Under the pieces are notes generated by a model. That model was not told the origin of the DNA. It was given only the letters and a program-made list of their open reading frames with translations, and made no database searches. Positions 1 to 13,029 of a stretch of 64,000 nucleotides of DNA are shown one piece after another; positions within the stretch are counted from its first letter, which is position 1, and each line of letters starts with the position of its first letter. The DNA comes from Gnetum montanum. Taxonomy: Eukaryota; Plantae; Gnetophyta. The position numbers and the translations under genes were made by a program. Location: the NCBI GenBank assembly GCA_015680685.1, contig MNCI01000952.1, positions 742,050 to 806,049 of the forward strand, given 5' to 3'.

Positions 1-715
1 CACTCATTTATGATGATGTTTGATAGGAGACCTTATAAATGCATGATCAATACAGTTAGTGGCATGAGACGTCATTAATAAATTAACCATGTATAAGACT
101 TAATTATTGGTTACTTTGGCTTGAGATCCTACTAAGGTAATTTTTATTTAATAAGTCTCACTTTCTTATATTTGTAGTTAATATGAGATTTTATATTTTT
201 TTATATTTTGATTATCATCTTTTGATGCTAATGTTATTGTCTATGGATAAGGATAGGATGATTGGACTTGGGGCCTACTAAAGATGATGTTTATCATTAT
301 CTTATTTAAAGATGATGTTTATCTTTATTTTGAATTTGTTGTAAGTTGGAAATTTCTAGAAGTCATGTATTAAAATATGTCATTTAGCCTTTATAAGTAG
401 GTTATGGGTGTCTGTCTCAACTATCATTTTTTCATTTGTGTCTTCCTTTATCTTGAGTTTTTTTGTGCTTTGCACTTGGGATTTTGCAAGGCTTGTTCAT
501 CAATAAATAATATTTTGTCGATTTCAAAAGGTAGTAGATATATTATTTGTTTTAAATTCTTTCTAAGATCTAATGCTAATGTTTCTTCATGATGCCTTTT
601 TTTAATATTATGGTTGCTAGAGTTACCTTAGCTGTTAGATCTTAGTGGATGTGGTTGATTTAGATGTCATAGAAGCTATAGAAGATGCAACTAGCATCAC
701 CTCAATGGTAGCCGA

Positions 716-863
716 TAGTCTTGATGAAGTATGGGGTATGTATGAGGCTGAGTAGTAGATTAGAAACAATTAGTCTCAATGAGGTATAGGACACGAATGA
801 AGCTAAGTAGTAGATTAGTAATGGTTAGTCTCAACATGGTATGGGACACAAGTGAGGCTAAGT
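716..863. repeat. 55-bp tandem repeat, ~2.7 copies
   Basis: TAGTCT..GGTAT(A/G)GG..TGA(A/G)GCT(A/G)AGTAGTAGATTAG units start at 716, 771 and 826. Confidence 0.8.
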
Positions 864-1395
864 TAGTTGCCATGGAAGCCAGCATGTGCATGCAATCCTT
901 GTGAGTTCTAAGGAGCTTTGAATCCTAGATGACACATAGAGCTATTTAGTCTAGGGGAAAAGTAGAATTAGGCTCAAGATTGTAGTCAACAAGTTACCTA
1001 GTTGATAAGGAGCAATAGAGATTATTGTGATGGATGCTATCATATGATTCAAGTTTCAAGTACTTCTTTCTTAGGCCACAAGACTACTACAAACTTGTCG
1101 AGATTACTTGATAGCACAATCACTAGATACTGCCATTAAAGACTAATCAATGATAAGGATGTTTTAGGATGCTTGATGATAAGAAGCTTGTAAGTAGGCT
1201 AGGAGCCTCTAAAAATTTTTGTTAATGTTAGACAGGATACTTGGGAGTCTTGCATGGAAAGTTATTCTTTGTTAATGAATTTAATAGTATAATCTAATGG
1301 TTTGTTGCAATTATAATGACTCACTCCATTCATGTCTTAAGGGGATAGTAAGGTGGATCTAACTACTTGGAGAGTGCTAACTCTTTTTGCATGAT

Positions 1396-2281
1396 TGATA
1401 AGTGGTGGAGTAATCCAACACCCAACCATACAAGTCATAGGTGTTCATGTGTGACCAAATTGTTATCTATGGATAAGGCAATGTGAATATGCTAGTAATT
1501 AATTTAATTTTAAGATTTTTGTCTTTCCACATGAAGCTAGTAAAGTCTATGTGTATGATTTAGCTCAAAGTAAGGTATATGATAATTAATGTTGTTGGGC
1601 CATTGCTACTCCTAGTGAACATTATGAAATAGAAATAGTTTCTAAGTCTAAGTAAAATATTAAATAAATATTTATGTCCTAAGGTGATGGATATCTGGTG
1701 TTGATTTTTTATACACATCTTGGGCTTGTGTAATCATTACTAGGATTACCAAGTATTTCGCTATTAGGCAAACCAAGTGATACTGCTAATGGGCTATCAA
1801 ACGATCACACTTTACGCTCAAAATCAATCATATCCATTCCACATACTAATAATAGCAAAAGTAAAGTGCATGAAATAGTAAAACATTAACTAAGAAAGCA
1901 GTAACTAGTAGTCTAAGTGAAAATAGTAAACATTATTCTAAGTAAACTAATGAACTAGAAGAATGATGCAATAGTATGAAATAGCTTGATCTTTATTGCT
2001 AGTCACACTTGTGTCCAAGTACAAGATGTTCAAATAAATACTCCATTCACTAAGTCACACTACACTACGAGCATTCAAAGTTCTAAGTATTTAAGACTAA
2101 ATTCATGAAAACAAACTGAAAGAGTTCTATTACTATGGACTGAAATTTATTGCGAATCCATGCACCTAAGTGCTATATTTATAGGATGGCAAGCATCTCA
2201 CAATTTCACATATAAGATGATGTAGCTACTACTACAATATCTTATATTTGATATCATAGTTCATCAAATTTAACTTTATCA
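1396..2281 (-). repeat. 3' LTR of Athila element 1396-21297
   Basis: Aligns along its length with 20402-21297; adjacent to the PPT. Confidence 0.92.
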
Positions 2282-5242
2282 TACCCCCACAACTGACTAA
2301 AAACTTGTCCTTGAGTTAAAACAAAATGAGGGTAGAGTTCCTTACAAAATTGAAAGGTAGATTTACATGACACTTCATGCCATGGTGGTGTTTTAAAAAA
2401 ATGACACAATACATGATAGGATAAACTTTGACAAAAAATAAAACTCAATGAAGGTCGTTATACCTTATGTAGTTCCTAATGATGGTAGCCCCTCCATCAA
2501 TTTCTTCTCCTTATCATCAAGCTTCTAAAATTTGTATCTTTTTAGGAGCACCTAAAGTTTCTCCTCCTCTATTCTTGAGTCATGCATAGTCCATAATTGT
2601 TGTGTAATATGTGATGGAGCTGGTACATCCTATGGACATGGCAATTGTAGAAACAATTGATTAGCTTTGACATACCATGTTGCAAACTATCTTCTCTTTT
2701 CTTCAAATGTCTTAGCCTTAGCTTGTAACTCATTATAATTAGATAATCTTTTGGCCAGCCTCGCTAAAAATTTTTTTTGCAGCTAGCCTTGACTACTTCT
2801 AATTCAGCATTTGCCACCTAAAGTTTTTGTAAAGCACCTTTTCAATCTACAAATTCACTTTCGTACAATGTGTACATGGCTACAACTTACTATTCAAGAT
2901 CATTTCTAGGCTTGCCTATTATCAACATGGCCAAGTTAGCATAACAAAGGTTAGCTAACCCCATGTATTCTTTTAGATCTTCTATCTACAAGCCTTTATT
3001 TTTTACTTCCGCTTGATGGACATGAGCATAATTATCCAAGATGGGTTGCTAGTCTAGATTCTGCATTAATATGGAATTGATTCAGGCCTTCATCCTCTAA
3101 ATCTCCTTTTCATTAATTTGCTTATACATCCGCACCTAGTCGTGAAAGTGTCCCTTGAGCCTTCCATGCTTCTTTACTTCATTCTACCACACGTTGATCT
3201 CAATAGTTGATTTTTGTCTAATTGCACATACCTCCTTCACTAAGAGGATCCTGTTTTCTCGTAATAAGCAACTCATATCTTCGATTACCCTCATTAGTTA
3301 TTCTCTCAATTAATGGATGCTCTCTTCCAAGATGTTCTTCTGCTTCTCAATGTTGATCAACCTAGTGCTATCTATAGTGAGCTGTTTATTTTCTTCTTAT
3401 GTTGCGATGAGTGCCTTAACATGTGCATATGCTTGTGCTTATGTTACTAAGGCATTCCACATAGCTTTCTCCTTCTCATTTTCCATTTTCTTATTCTGCT
3501 CTATCAGGAAATTGATTTACTCTATTATAAAGTGCTCTAGCTACTCAAGAACATTGAATTGGATAGGATCTTTGTGTTCCACCCTCAAGGTCATGAGCTC
3601 TTCTTATAGTCTAAGGATTTTCACTTTTGCATGATCTCTGCCATGACCAGCTTACCGTTAGTTGCAATCAATTCTAACTACATTGCAGTGACATCACTTG
3701 GGATGTCAAAAAGAGTTACCATTACTTTCCCAGTCTGCAGTAGTTGATTTAGCACATCCTCATGATCAACAGGAGTCATTGAGGTCCTACTCCAATTAGA
3801 TCTACTAGTGGCACAACAAGTATGTTAAAGGATTTCTTAATGTGATCCGTGATCACTTCTACGGCTCCTATTGCATCCTGATGCTGCATAATCACAATTG
3901 TGGCTCCTTCTCCTATTTTAAGCACCATTTGAAATGATGAAATGTTTCCAAAAATCTGTTATGACCATTAGGCCTCTCCTCCTAGCTATAATGATATCTG
4001 TCCACTTGCAAGATCTATAGAAACTGTGGGTTGTATGGCATTATTGATACCTATGTAGAGATTGGCCTTCTCACGTGTTCTCCAACTGATAGTATCTGCA
4101 ATCTATTCTAGATGACTCATGGAGGGCCTATAATCCTATTGCAATAGTGGTGGAACTTGCTCTTGATATTGTTGTTACTGCTAACCATTGGCTCCCCCTT
4201 TCTATTGTTATTTAGTGGTTTATGTGGTTTCACTAGCGTCTGTTTGTTTTACCACCTGATCTTTCTTTGGTGGTGATGGCTTAAGCATTTCAACATATGA
4301 GGTGTTTTGAGCCTTCCTAGGAACATCATTGGTGTACCCCAAGATTTCAGCACGTTTGCACAACTTCCTAATTGGGTAAGGGAATGGAAGTGTGAGCTTC
4401 CCTACCCTCTTTTCTTTGAACTACCTTTGAATCTCCATGAAATAAAGTTATGCAAGATTTGCATTATACTTTCCCATTAGAATCACACTTCCTCTAGCCG
4501 CATAGGTGAATAATCTATTTAATCTCTTTGTAGGAAACAAGTGGTATGTACCAATTTTGAAATAAATTCTTTCCTCTAGAATTAACTCATTACACTCCTT
4601 ATCTTCTTTGTCACATGTCCTTTTTAACCTTATATTTCTAGTTTTTGTGTCTGATCTAGTGAACAGATGTGTTAATCTTACCCCTTCATTCAACGTGTTT
4701 AAGGCTTCAACTATTTCCTTCATTGAATAAGAAGCAGAGACTCCTTTGATGTTGACCATAGCATCTTCTTCTTTGTTATGTCAGAATTGTTAGGTTCCCC
4801 TTAGATACCATTCACCACTATTTGAAAGGATGGGCCATGGTAGTGACGCTTAGAGTTGCATCCTTACCACCTCTGGAACAAACTCTACAAATGGATGAAA
4901 GTACATTTCTATTATCACTGTAGTCAAAAGTATACTTTCTTGGATGATCTAGAGGCATTCTAGTTGTGGACCTTTTGGTGTGTCAAAATGTTAAGAAAAA
5001 TGGATAAAAGGTTGTGTGGTTATTGTGGTTGTAGGACTAAGATGAGATAACAAGGAATGCACTAATGTAGACAAAAGAAGAAATTCATCCACAAGGTGTC
5101 AAGGTCTCATCCACAAAAGAAAAGCTTAAAAGAAGACTATTCAAAGAACATGGACAAGCAAAGTTTTCATCATTGACGTTTGCCGAAGTTTGAGGAGCAT
5201 GGACAAGAAATAATGACTTTATCATGCAAATGAAGGTTGAAG

Positions 5243-5530
5243 AAAGATGTCTCCGAGAAACAGTAGACGTCTTGGCAAAATTGGAGGATGCATAGGAAAA
5301 GACATCTTCAAGAAATAGTAGATATCTTTCCTCAAGCAACGACGTCTTCCACCAAGCAAAGACATCTTCACAGAATGTATGCCATTTTCAAAAAGACATC
5401 TTTCATCAGACAAAGACATCTTCTAGAATGAAGATTTCAAAAAGACATCTTTCCCAGACAAAGATGTCCTCCCAAAATATAGGGCAAATATAGAATGACA
5501 TCTCAAACATGAAGAAGACGTTTTCCATGA
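5243..5530. repeat. Array of ~12 AAGACGTCTT-type palindromes in the copia LTR (repeated at ~9750-10010)
   Basis: Variants AGACGTCTT, AAGACATCTT, AAGATGTCT and AGATATCTT are CpG-deamination products of one palindrome, upstream of TCTATAAG (~5581). Confidence 0.8.
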
Positions 5531-6250
5531 TTATTAGCTAGCTGTTGCACAAGTTTCAATATGGATTTGGAAATATGATATCTATAAGAAGACATCATAT
5601 GCATTGGGAAATATGTAAGATCTTGTACAATCATTGTCTAATAATTTGTCAATCATTGTAATCATTGTCTCTCTTCATTGTTTTATCATTTGTCCATTGT
5701 AAACTATGTTGTACCTTAAAGTACAAGGATCAAAAAATTGAGTTGCATTCATATCTTGTAATTATTCTCCCTTGTTGCCCTATGGGGTTGATGTGCTTCT
5801 TGTAGAAAGGCATCTTGACTAAGCTTGTTGAGATCCTGCGAGATTGAGTGGTTAGTGTTGCAGCATAATACTCATGAGCAAAGCTCAATATTATAAACAT
5901 TGTGGAAGCTAAGAAACCACATTCCAAGCCTGAAAAAACCTTCTTGGGTTGATTGGTTGGTGCAATGTCACAGCACTCCAAAGTGCGACTTGAAGATTGT
6001 ATAAGGTGTGAACCCTTCAAACCACATTTAAGAGTAACAAAGTCTAGAGGTATGCTTGCAATCTATCCTTTGAGTGTGAACTACCCAAGTTAGGAAACCA
6101 TGTTAAATTTGGTATGTGTACTTTGTCCAAAGAATTTTAATTTGGAAAACTTATTCATCCCCCTCGCCCTCACCCTCTAAGTTCAATGATCCACAATTGG
6201 TATCAAAGCCTCATATTCTTCTTTGTCATCATCAACTTCAAGAGTGAACA

Positions 6251-7798
6251 ATGGAGGGGACATCTTACACAAAGCCACCTATGTTTGACGAACTTGGCTT
6301 CACCTATTAGAAAGCTAGAATGTAAGGGTTTTTTGAATCCATAGAGTTTAAAGTATGGGAGTCAATTCTTGAAGGCTATGCTTCACCTATTAATAGTGCC
6401 ACCAGCATCATTAAGCCTCACAACAAATAGACACAAGAGGAAAAGGATAAGTTCATTTTTGATTCAAAAGCAAAACATTGTTTATATTGTGCATTGAATA
6501 AATCTGTATTTAATAGAGTAGCAAGATGTCAAATGGCCAAATAAATTTGACAAACTTTCGAAGCTACATATGAAATAACATCTATTGTTAAGCAATTGAA
6601 ATTGTTAGTTTTACAAAGTAAATATAATAAACTCAAAATGAGAGAAGGTGAGAAAATAAAAGATTATTTCTCTAAAGCTAATGATCTTGTTGTAGTTATT
6701 AGAGGAATAGGTAAAGATTTGCCCAAAAGCGATGTCATCATCAAAATGATTGGAACTCTACAACTGGAGTTTAAACCAAAGGTAATTGCTAGGGAGGAGA
6801 TTAAAAATTTCTCAACCTTGAAATTTGAAAAGCTTCAAAGTGCTCTCATTGCTTATGAAATGAATCTCATAAGTGAAGGAGAAATCTAAGAAGGACCTAT
6901 AGCTCTAAAGACTGCCTCCAAAGAGAAAGAGTCCAATGATCATGATGAAGGTAGTGAAGATGAGATTGCCTTTCTCTCAAGCAAGCTACAATGATTGCTA
7001 ATAAGAAGAAACAAAGGGGCATCACAACAAAGACCCAATCTACTCAAAGGTAGAGAAAGAGGTAGAAATTTTTTAAATTCTAACTTAGATTTCTATTCCA
7101 TAGAATTTTGGGTTTGTGGAGGAAGAGGCCATATGGCCTTTGAATGTCATAGTGATCCTAGTGATAACAAGACACAACCAAAGAATAGATTCAATGATGA
7201 GGAGATAAAGGAGACCAAATTTTATACAAGTTGGGATGATGGTAAGCAAAGTGAAGAAGAAGCATGAAAATCTTCCAAAAATTCACATCTCATATGCATG
7301 GCGCTTACAAATGAAAATTCCTCACATGTGGTTGAACAAGATGGCAAGTGTGAAAAAAGGTATAGTGAATTTTAAGAAGAAAATTTTCTTTTACATCATT
7401 TGATTAAGAAGGCAAAGAAATTTGTAATTTCTAAGTTGGATGCTATTCATGCTAAAGTAAAAGAAGAGATCTTAGACATAAAAGCTAAGATTCAACAACT
7501 AGCCTCTTTTTATAAGGATTGCAATAAGGTTCAAGAAGAGGAGACTTCTAAAAAATAACCAAAGAATTTAGAGGAAGCTACACATAAAAACTCAAGCTCC
7601 ACACATGAAAATGCAAGCTCAAACATATACAGGTTTGATAATTTTTATCATAAGGATAATACTGTATTTGTTTGTAAAAATTGTGATTATAAGAAAACTC
7701 TTAACTATACTCATGATGATCAAAACAAGATTAACACTTGGTCTTGTCAAAAATGCTTTGGTAAGAGAAATTGTATAGGTACTAATAAGTGGGAATGA
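6251..7798 (+). pseudogene. Copia-type extended gag, one frame with in-frame stops
   Basis: KPPMFD..F.Y(W)KARM, ALNKSVFNRV, UBN2-like KLKMREGEKIKDYF, knuckle (C)WVCGGRGHMAFEC, HLICMA, a coiled-coil-like stretch and CKNC-X20-CQKC, all in the same reading frame. Confidence 0.8.
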
Positions 7799-10700
7799 AG
7801 AGAAATGGAGAATTGAAAATGATGCAATAAGTGATCAAAGGTTTTATCATAAAGAGCATGAATAAATAAAGACATCACATATACAATCTAATAAGAGAGA
7901 ATCGAAGGATGAGGAGGTACTGCATGATAGGAGACATCATTTCAAACTCCATTAATCTTTTGTTCTTCCCTACAAGTAAGGTAAGTTAAGGTAAGCTTCC
8001 ATTGCTTTGCTTGCTAGTTAATAAGAATGGTATTTGAAGTCCAAAATTATTTGTATCTTGAAAAATGGTGGAATAATTTTTTAGAGCATCCCTTGCATTC
8101 ATTTTTGAGCTTGATATAATTGGTTTTATGAAAATATGTGTAGCATTTATTTTGATTTCCTTTGGATAATTATCTTGTTGGTTGTTGTCATGTTTTCAAT
8201 CTTGTTTAATCTAAACTTATTGTGATTGTGATAATCTGCTTCTAAGCTCATGGCCTTTGGGATATTTTTTGCTATTTATGAAGTAAGAAAAGCCTTTGAA
8301 AAATCCTATCAATATTACTGATTGGAGACCTTAGTCTCCACATTTGAGCTTAATGTTGACCTATAGTTATAGTGTTTTTATGATTTACAACATTTTTACA
8401 TTAATAGTCCAAGATAAGTAGCACATGTGTAGGAGGAGCCTATTCCTCATTATCCATCACCATCTTGGAGATCACCAAGGTAGGGAGAGTCTTTGGAGAC
8501 TTCAACCAAGAGACACTAAAACAACAAAGTATTCTAAAATGGGCAAGATAAGAACATCAAGAGGTATTTTTCTTTTAACTGGATGGCTGAGTCTTGAATT
8601 TGTGTTTCTGATATCCTTTGCCATGATTATCACTTCTTTTTTGAAAAATGGTTGTGTTTGTGGCATTTCCTTGTACAAAAAGCAAAATATGCATGTTTCT
8701 ATCATGGCTTCCATATGCTTGTGTTGATGTTTTCCAAATTTTTGGTTGAATATAACAATACAAGTTCTAATGAGATAATTTTTTTAATTAGATAGGATCT
8801 ATATTTGGTCTTTAGCATCAAATTATGTGTTGTTGGTCCTTTTTGGATTAATTGTAGATCCTTGTTTTGAATTTATAAGACCAAGTCTTAATGCATCATC
8901 AACCCACATCTTTGATATCCAAGCATAAGCTGAAGTAAGAAGTACCTATATTTTTATGAAAGAATGCAAATACTGATATTATTCCTTACAACAATATGAG
9001 CAAAAACATGATCATCCTACTTATGGGAAAGTATCCACAATTTTGATTGAAACATCATGTAAGTAGTTTTCCTTGAGATGTACTTTCTAGCTCAAGAATT
9101 TAAAATATGACATGACTAGTTTCACATTGTGAAGTTGTATTGCTATATTCTCCTTACCATATAAGAGATGTCCTAATATTTTACTATTGTTTTTAAAAGG
9201 ATAGAGAATATTTGAACATTAAAAGAACCATGCCCTATAAACTACTAATGACTTATTGATTTAGAGATAGGTTACTTAACCTTCAAGGCTTACACTTCAC
9301 TTCAAGCTTTAAGTTTGAATATCACTTAGAAGGCTTGGATCAACTCTTAAAAAATTCAAGGCAACTCATCTTGGAACTTTTTGTTGTTTTTTAAAAAGGG
9401 GGAGACTAGTATAGTTATATTTGAATGATCATTAATCCATTTTCTTAAGTTTTGAACATTACCAAAAAGGGGTAGATTGTGGACCTTTTGGTGTGTCAAT
9501 ACATTAAGAAAAATGGAGATAAAGGTTGTGTGGTTGTAGGATTAAGATGAGATGACAAGGAACACATTGATGTAGACAAAAGAAGAAAGTCATCCACAAG
9601 GTCTCAAGGTCTCATCCACAAAATAAAAGCTCAAAGGAAGAGAATTCAAAGAACATGGACAAGAAAAGTTGTCATCATTGACGTTTACGAAAGTTTGATG
9701 ATCATGGACAAGGAATGATGAATTCATAATGCAAAGGAAGGTTGAAGAAAGTCATCTCTAAGAAATAGTAGACATCTTGAAATAATTAGAGGATGCATAT
9801 GAAAAAACATCTTTAAGAAATAGCAGACATATTTCCTCAAGCAAAGACGTCTTCATATAATGTAGGTTAGTTTTAGAAAGACATATTTCATCAAACAAAG
9901 ATATCTTCTAGAATGGAAATTTCAAAAATACATCATTCCCAAACAAAGCCATCTTTCCATAATAGAAGACAAATACAAAAAGATGTCTCAGGCATGAAGA
10001 AGACATCTTCCATGACCATTAGCTAGTTGTTGCACGAGTTCCAAGATGGATTTTGAAACATGGTATCTATAAGAAGATATCATATGCATTGGAAAATATG
10101 CAAGCTCTTGTACAATCATTGTCTAATCATTTGTCAATCATTGTTTCTCTTCATTGTATTATCATTTATCCATTGTAAAGTGTGATGTACCTCAAAGTAC
10201 AAGGATCAACAAACTAAGTTGCATTCATCCCTTGTAATTATTCTCCCTTATTGCCCTGTGGGGTTGATGTGCTTCTTGCAGGAAGGCATCTTCATTAAGC
10301 TTGTCAAGATCTTGTAGGATTGAGTGGTTGGTGATGCATCATAACAGTCTTGAGTGGAGCTCAAGATTGTAAAGGTTATGGAAGCCTAGAAACCACATTT
10401 TAAGCCTAATGGGACCTTGCAAGGTTGAGTGGTTGGTGCAGTATCATAACACTCTGGAGTGGGGCTTGAAGATTTTACAGGGTGTGGACCCTTCAAACAA
10501 CATTTCAGAGCAACAAAGTCTGAAGGTATGCTTGCAATCTACCCTCTGAGTGTGGACTACCCAAGTTGGGGAACCATGTTAAATTTGATGTGTGTGCTTT
10601 GTCCAAAAAATTTCAATTTTGAGAACTTATTCATCCCCCTCCCCTTCTAAGTTCAACAATCCACATTAGTGATAGTGTGAAGCATTGTCCTTGTACTTGT

Positions 10701-13029
10701 GGTTCTTCTACCTCCCCTTGAGTCAAATGCCCTGTAGTAGGAGTTTCTTGATGGATACTAAAAGATTGAGCCTCTTGCTCCACATGTTCTACTTGTGGTT
10801 TTTGTGCTCCTATTTGGCCTCTTCCTTGGCATGTTGGTCATTTGCTTATCGGCTGTGAGGATCCTCCTATTACTCCTCTCTTTGGAGCCATCTGTAATCA
10901 TCAAGAATTTAGGAATTATTAGAATGTGTTCTTTGATTGTGATAACTCCTTTTCTATCTCATATCTTTAGTTAGATCAAATTTTTAGCTTACTATGATTG
11001 TAGAGTTAGAAAAATTTTCAAAAAAAAATCCTACAAGTGTTAGTTTCCTTATAACCCTTCATAGTTATCCATTTTGTTTTTGTTTATGGCTCATAATGGT
11101 TAGTATGATACATTAAGAGGATTATTTAAGTGTTTATGGCATTAATGTGATTAATTGTTATTAAACATTTCCAACTTTCCCTTCATATTTACCCTTAGAA
11201 TACCTTCTAGGCCTTAACAAATTCTGACTTTGATTTTTGTTATATCCCACTAAGTGCACCTCCACAACTAAGTTGAGAGCTCCATGATCAACCAAGTTTA
11301 GGAATCATGAAAATCAAAGCTACAAGTGTGGAGTTATGAGGGTTGGAAGTTGGGAGATCAGAGCTTAGATTGTAGAAGAAAAATGATAAAAACTCCCTTG
11401 GCTCAAATGTGAAAAATGATGAAATTTGGCTAAGTCCCCACATATATATAGGTTTTGTGAGCTCTGATAATCTGATATTGGAGGCAAAAATTCACATTTT
11501 CTGTTGATTTTTAATGATAAAAAATGGTTCAATGTGAATGTTTGGAAGATATAGGACATGTTTAGAGGATCTCAAACTATGCATTATGCATATTTTTCGA
11601 GAATTTGACATGGAAAATTCATAAAGAAGGAATCTTGGGCTAGGAAAGTTCATGAAGTATTGATAAGATGGATGAGATGGGTAATGAATTCATGTTGTTG
11701 GAATAGATAGTTTGAATGATAAGGGAAGTTTTTATTAACATTTATTATTTTTATAAGGCTTAAGATGATGTGGAATCACTTGGTAGGTAAAAGATACAAT
11801 AGTTATACAAGGGGATCCTCTCCAAAGAAAGCTCCAGCCCTTAATGCCCTTGTATAACCCCACCTAACAGTGTCCTTAGGTAGTCAAGGACTTGAATGTA
11901 ATGCATACCTATTCAACAAAACACACATGTTAGTATCACCAAGCTAGGAAAATGACTCTATGTTACACAAAACCACAAGTTATGATTATTCACACAATGA
12001 GATGAAATAGGCTAAAAAAGAACTACAGAAAACAAAATGTGAGGTGTCTTACCATAGGAATAATGAATTTTTGTGTTTTATTAGTGGTTAAAGTAATCAT
12101 TACCCTTTCTGTCCAAGATTCACTTCAAGTCCAAACCACATTCTAGTGGAAACGCATTATTTTATCTCCTCGAATTACAATTGTAAGACTGCCACTATTG
12201 CAAGGAGTATCATCACTTAGTGTATTGTCCAAGTAAGGAGTTTATTCATTACACTTCTTTATTTTTTTTAAATTTCTAAGAAGCTACCTACCTTTAGGCA
12301 TGGGTAGCATGTCCTTCCAGTGGGACGCCTAGAAATTTATTTTGTGCATTGTTTTCATTTTTATTTGTGTTAACTTTACCAAAGGACTACCTTCAAGCAT
12401 GGGTAACATGTCTTTCCAATGACATGGTAAGGAAATACTTATTTTACTCTTACTCATAGTTTTTGTTAGATTTACAAGGATATAATACAACCTAAGCAAT
12501 AGGATAAAACTAATAGAAGTAATCCTAGACAGTCCACAAATCCCCTTGATGTCCCACCCTTTACATTCCCACTTGGTTCTTCACTTTTCGATATAGGCAT
12601 AGTGATTCCAAGTTTATTCTTTGTTGTATGATGGGAAGAATGTCATTATGGCCATGGTAAGAGCCTCTTATTAATGGAATGAAGGGATGAATGTTGTGGT
12701 CTTACTATTCAAACAATTAGTCCCTTATGACTTGATAACATAGAGAAATCTTCACCTTATTAGACTACATCTTGCCTTATTCTTAATGTCTTTTATTAAC
12801 AATCAAAATTATTTACATAGGTCATGAAAACAAAGTATGAAAAAAAGATAGTAAGAATTGGAAAAATATGTAAAGAATGAAAAATCATAAAGAATTGAAA
12901 AATGTAAAAGAATATCACAAATTTAAGAAATGAAAAGTATAAAAGAATGAGGAGATATCAAAGAATGTGAAAAAAAATGGAAAGAAGATGAAAAGTTCAG
13001 CGAAGTGCCTACGATTCCAAATTAACACC

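Larger units (their letters stand above)
4965..10665 (+). mobile_element. Ty1/copia-type (SIRE-like) LTR retroelement, gag-only and non-autonomous, nested in the Athila additional ORF
   Basis: LTRs 4965-6195 and 9478-10665 (TGTGGA..TCCACA). Near-perfect TSD CTAGT/TTAGT. PBS TGGTATCAAAGCC (iMet type) at ~6198. PPT AAAAAGGGGTAGAT before 9478, plus an upstream PPT copy AAAAAGGGGGAGA at ~9393. No recognisable PR, IN or RT. Confidence 0.88.
2465..10891 (-). pseudogene. Athila additional (env-like-position) ORF, ~900 codons, split by the copia insertion (pieces 10666-10891 and 2465-4964)
   Basis: Starts GATTACAG|ATG GCT CCA AAG AGA (MAPKR). Contains WPILSNSGEWY..HNKEE..NIKGVSASYSMKEI and LPFPYPIRKLCKRAEILGYTNDVPRKAQ, then a coiled-coil-like region. 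Colinear with 51613-54385. Confidence 0.8.

Noticed and set aside
1-1395. Possible older LTR-element remnant continuing at 21303-22136, with weak similarity to 57800-58060
   Set aside because: Only vague LTR-end, PBS- and PPT-like words; no termini, TSD or coding motif could be established.
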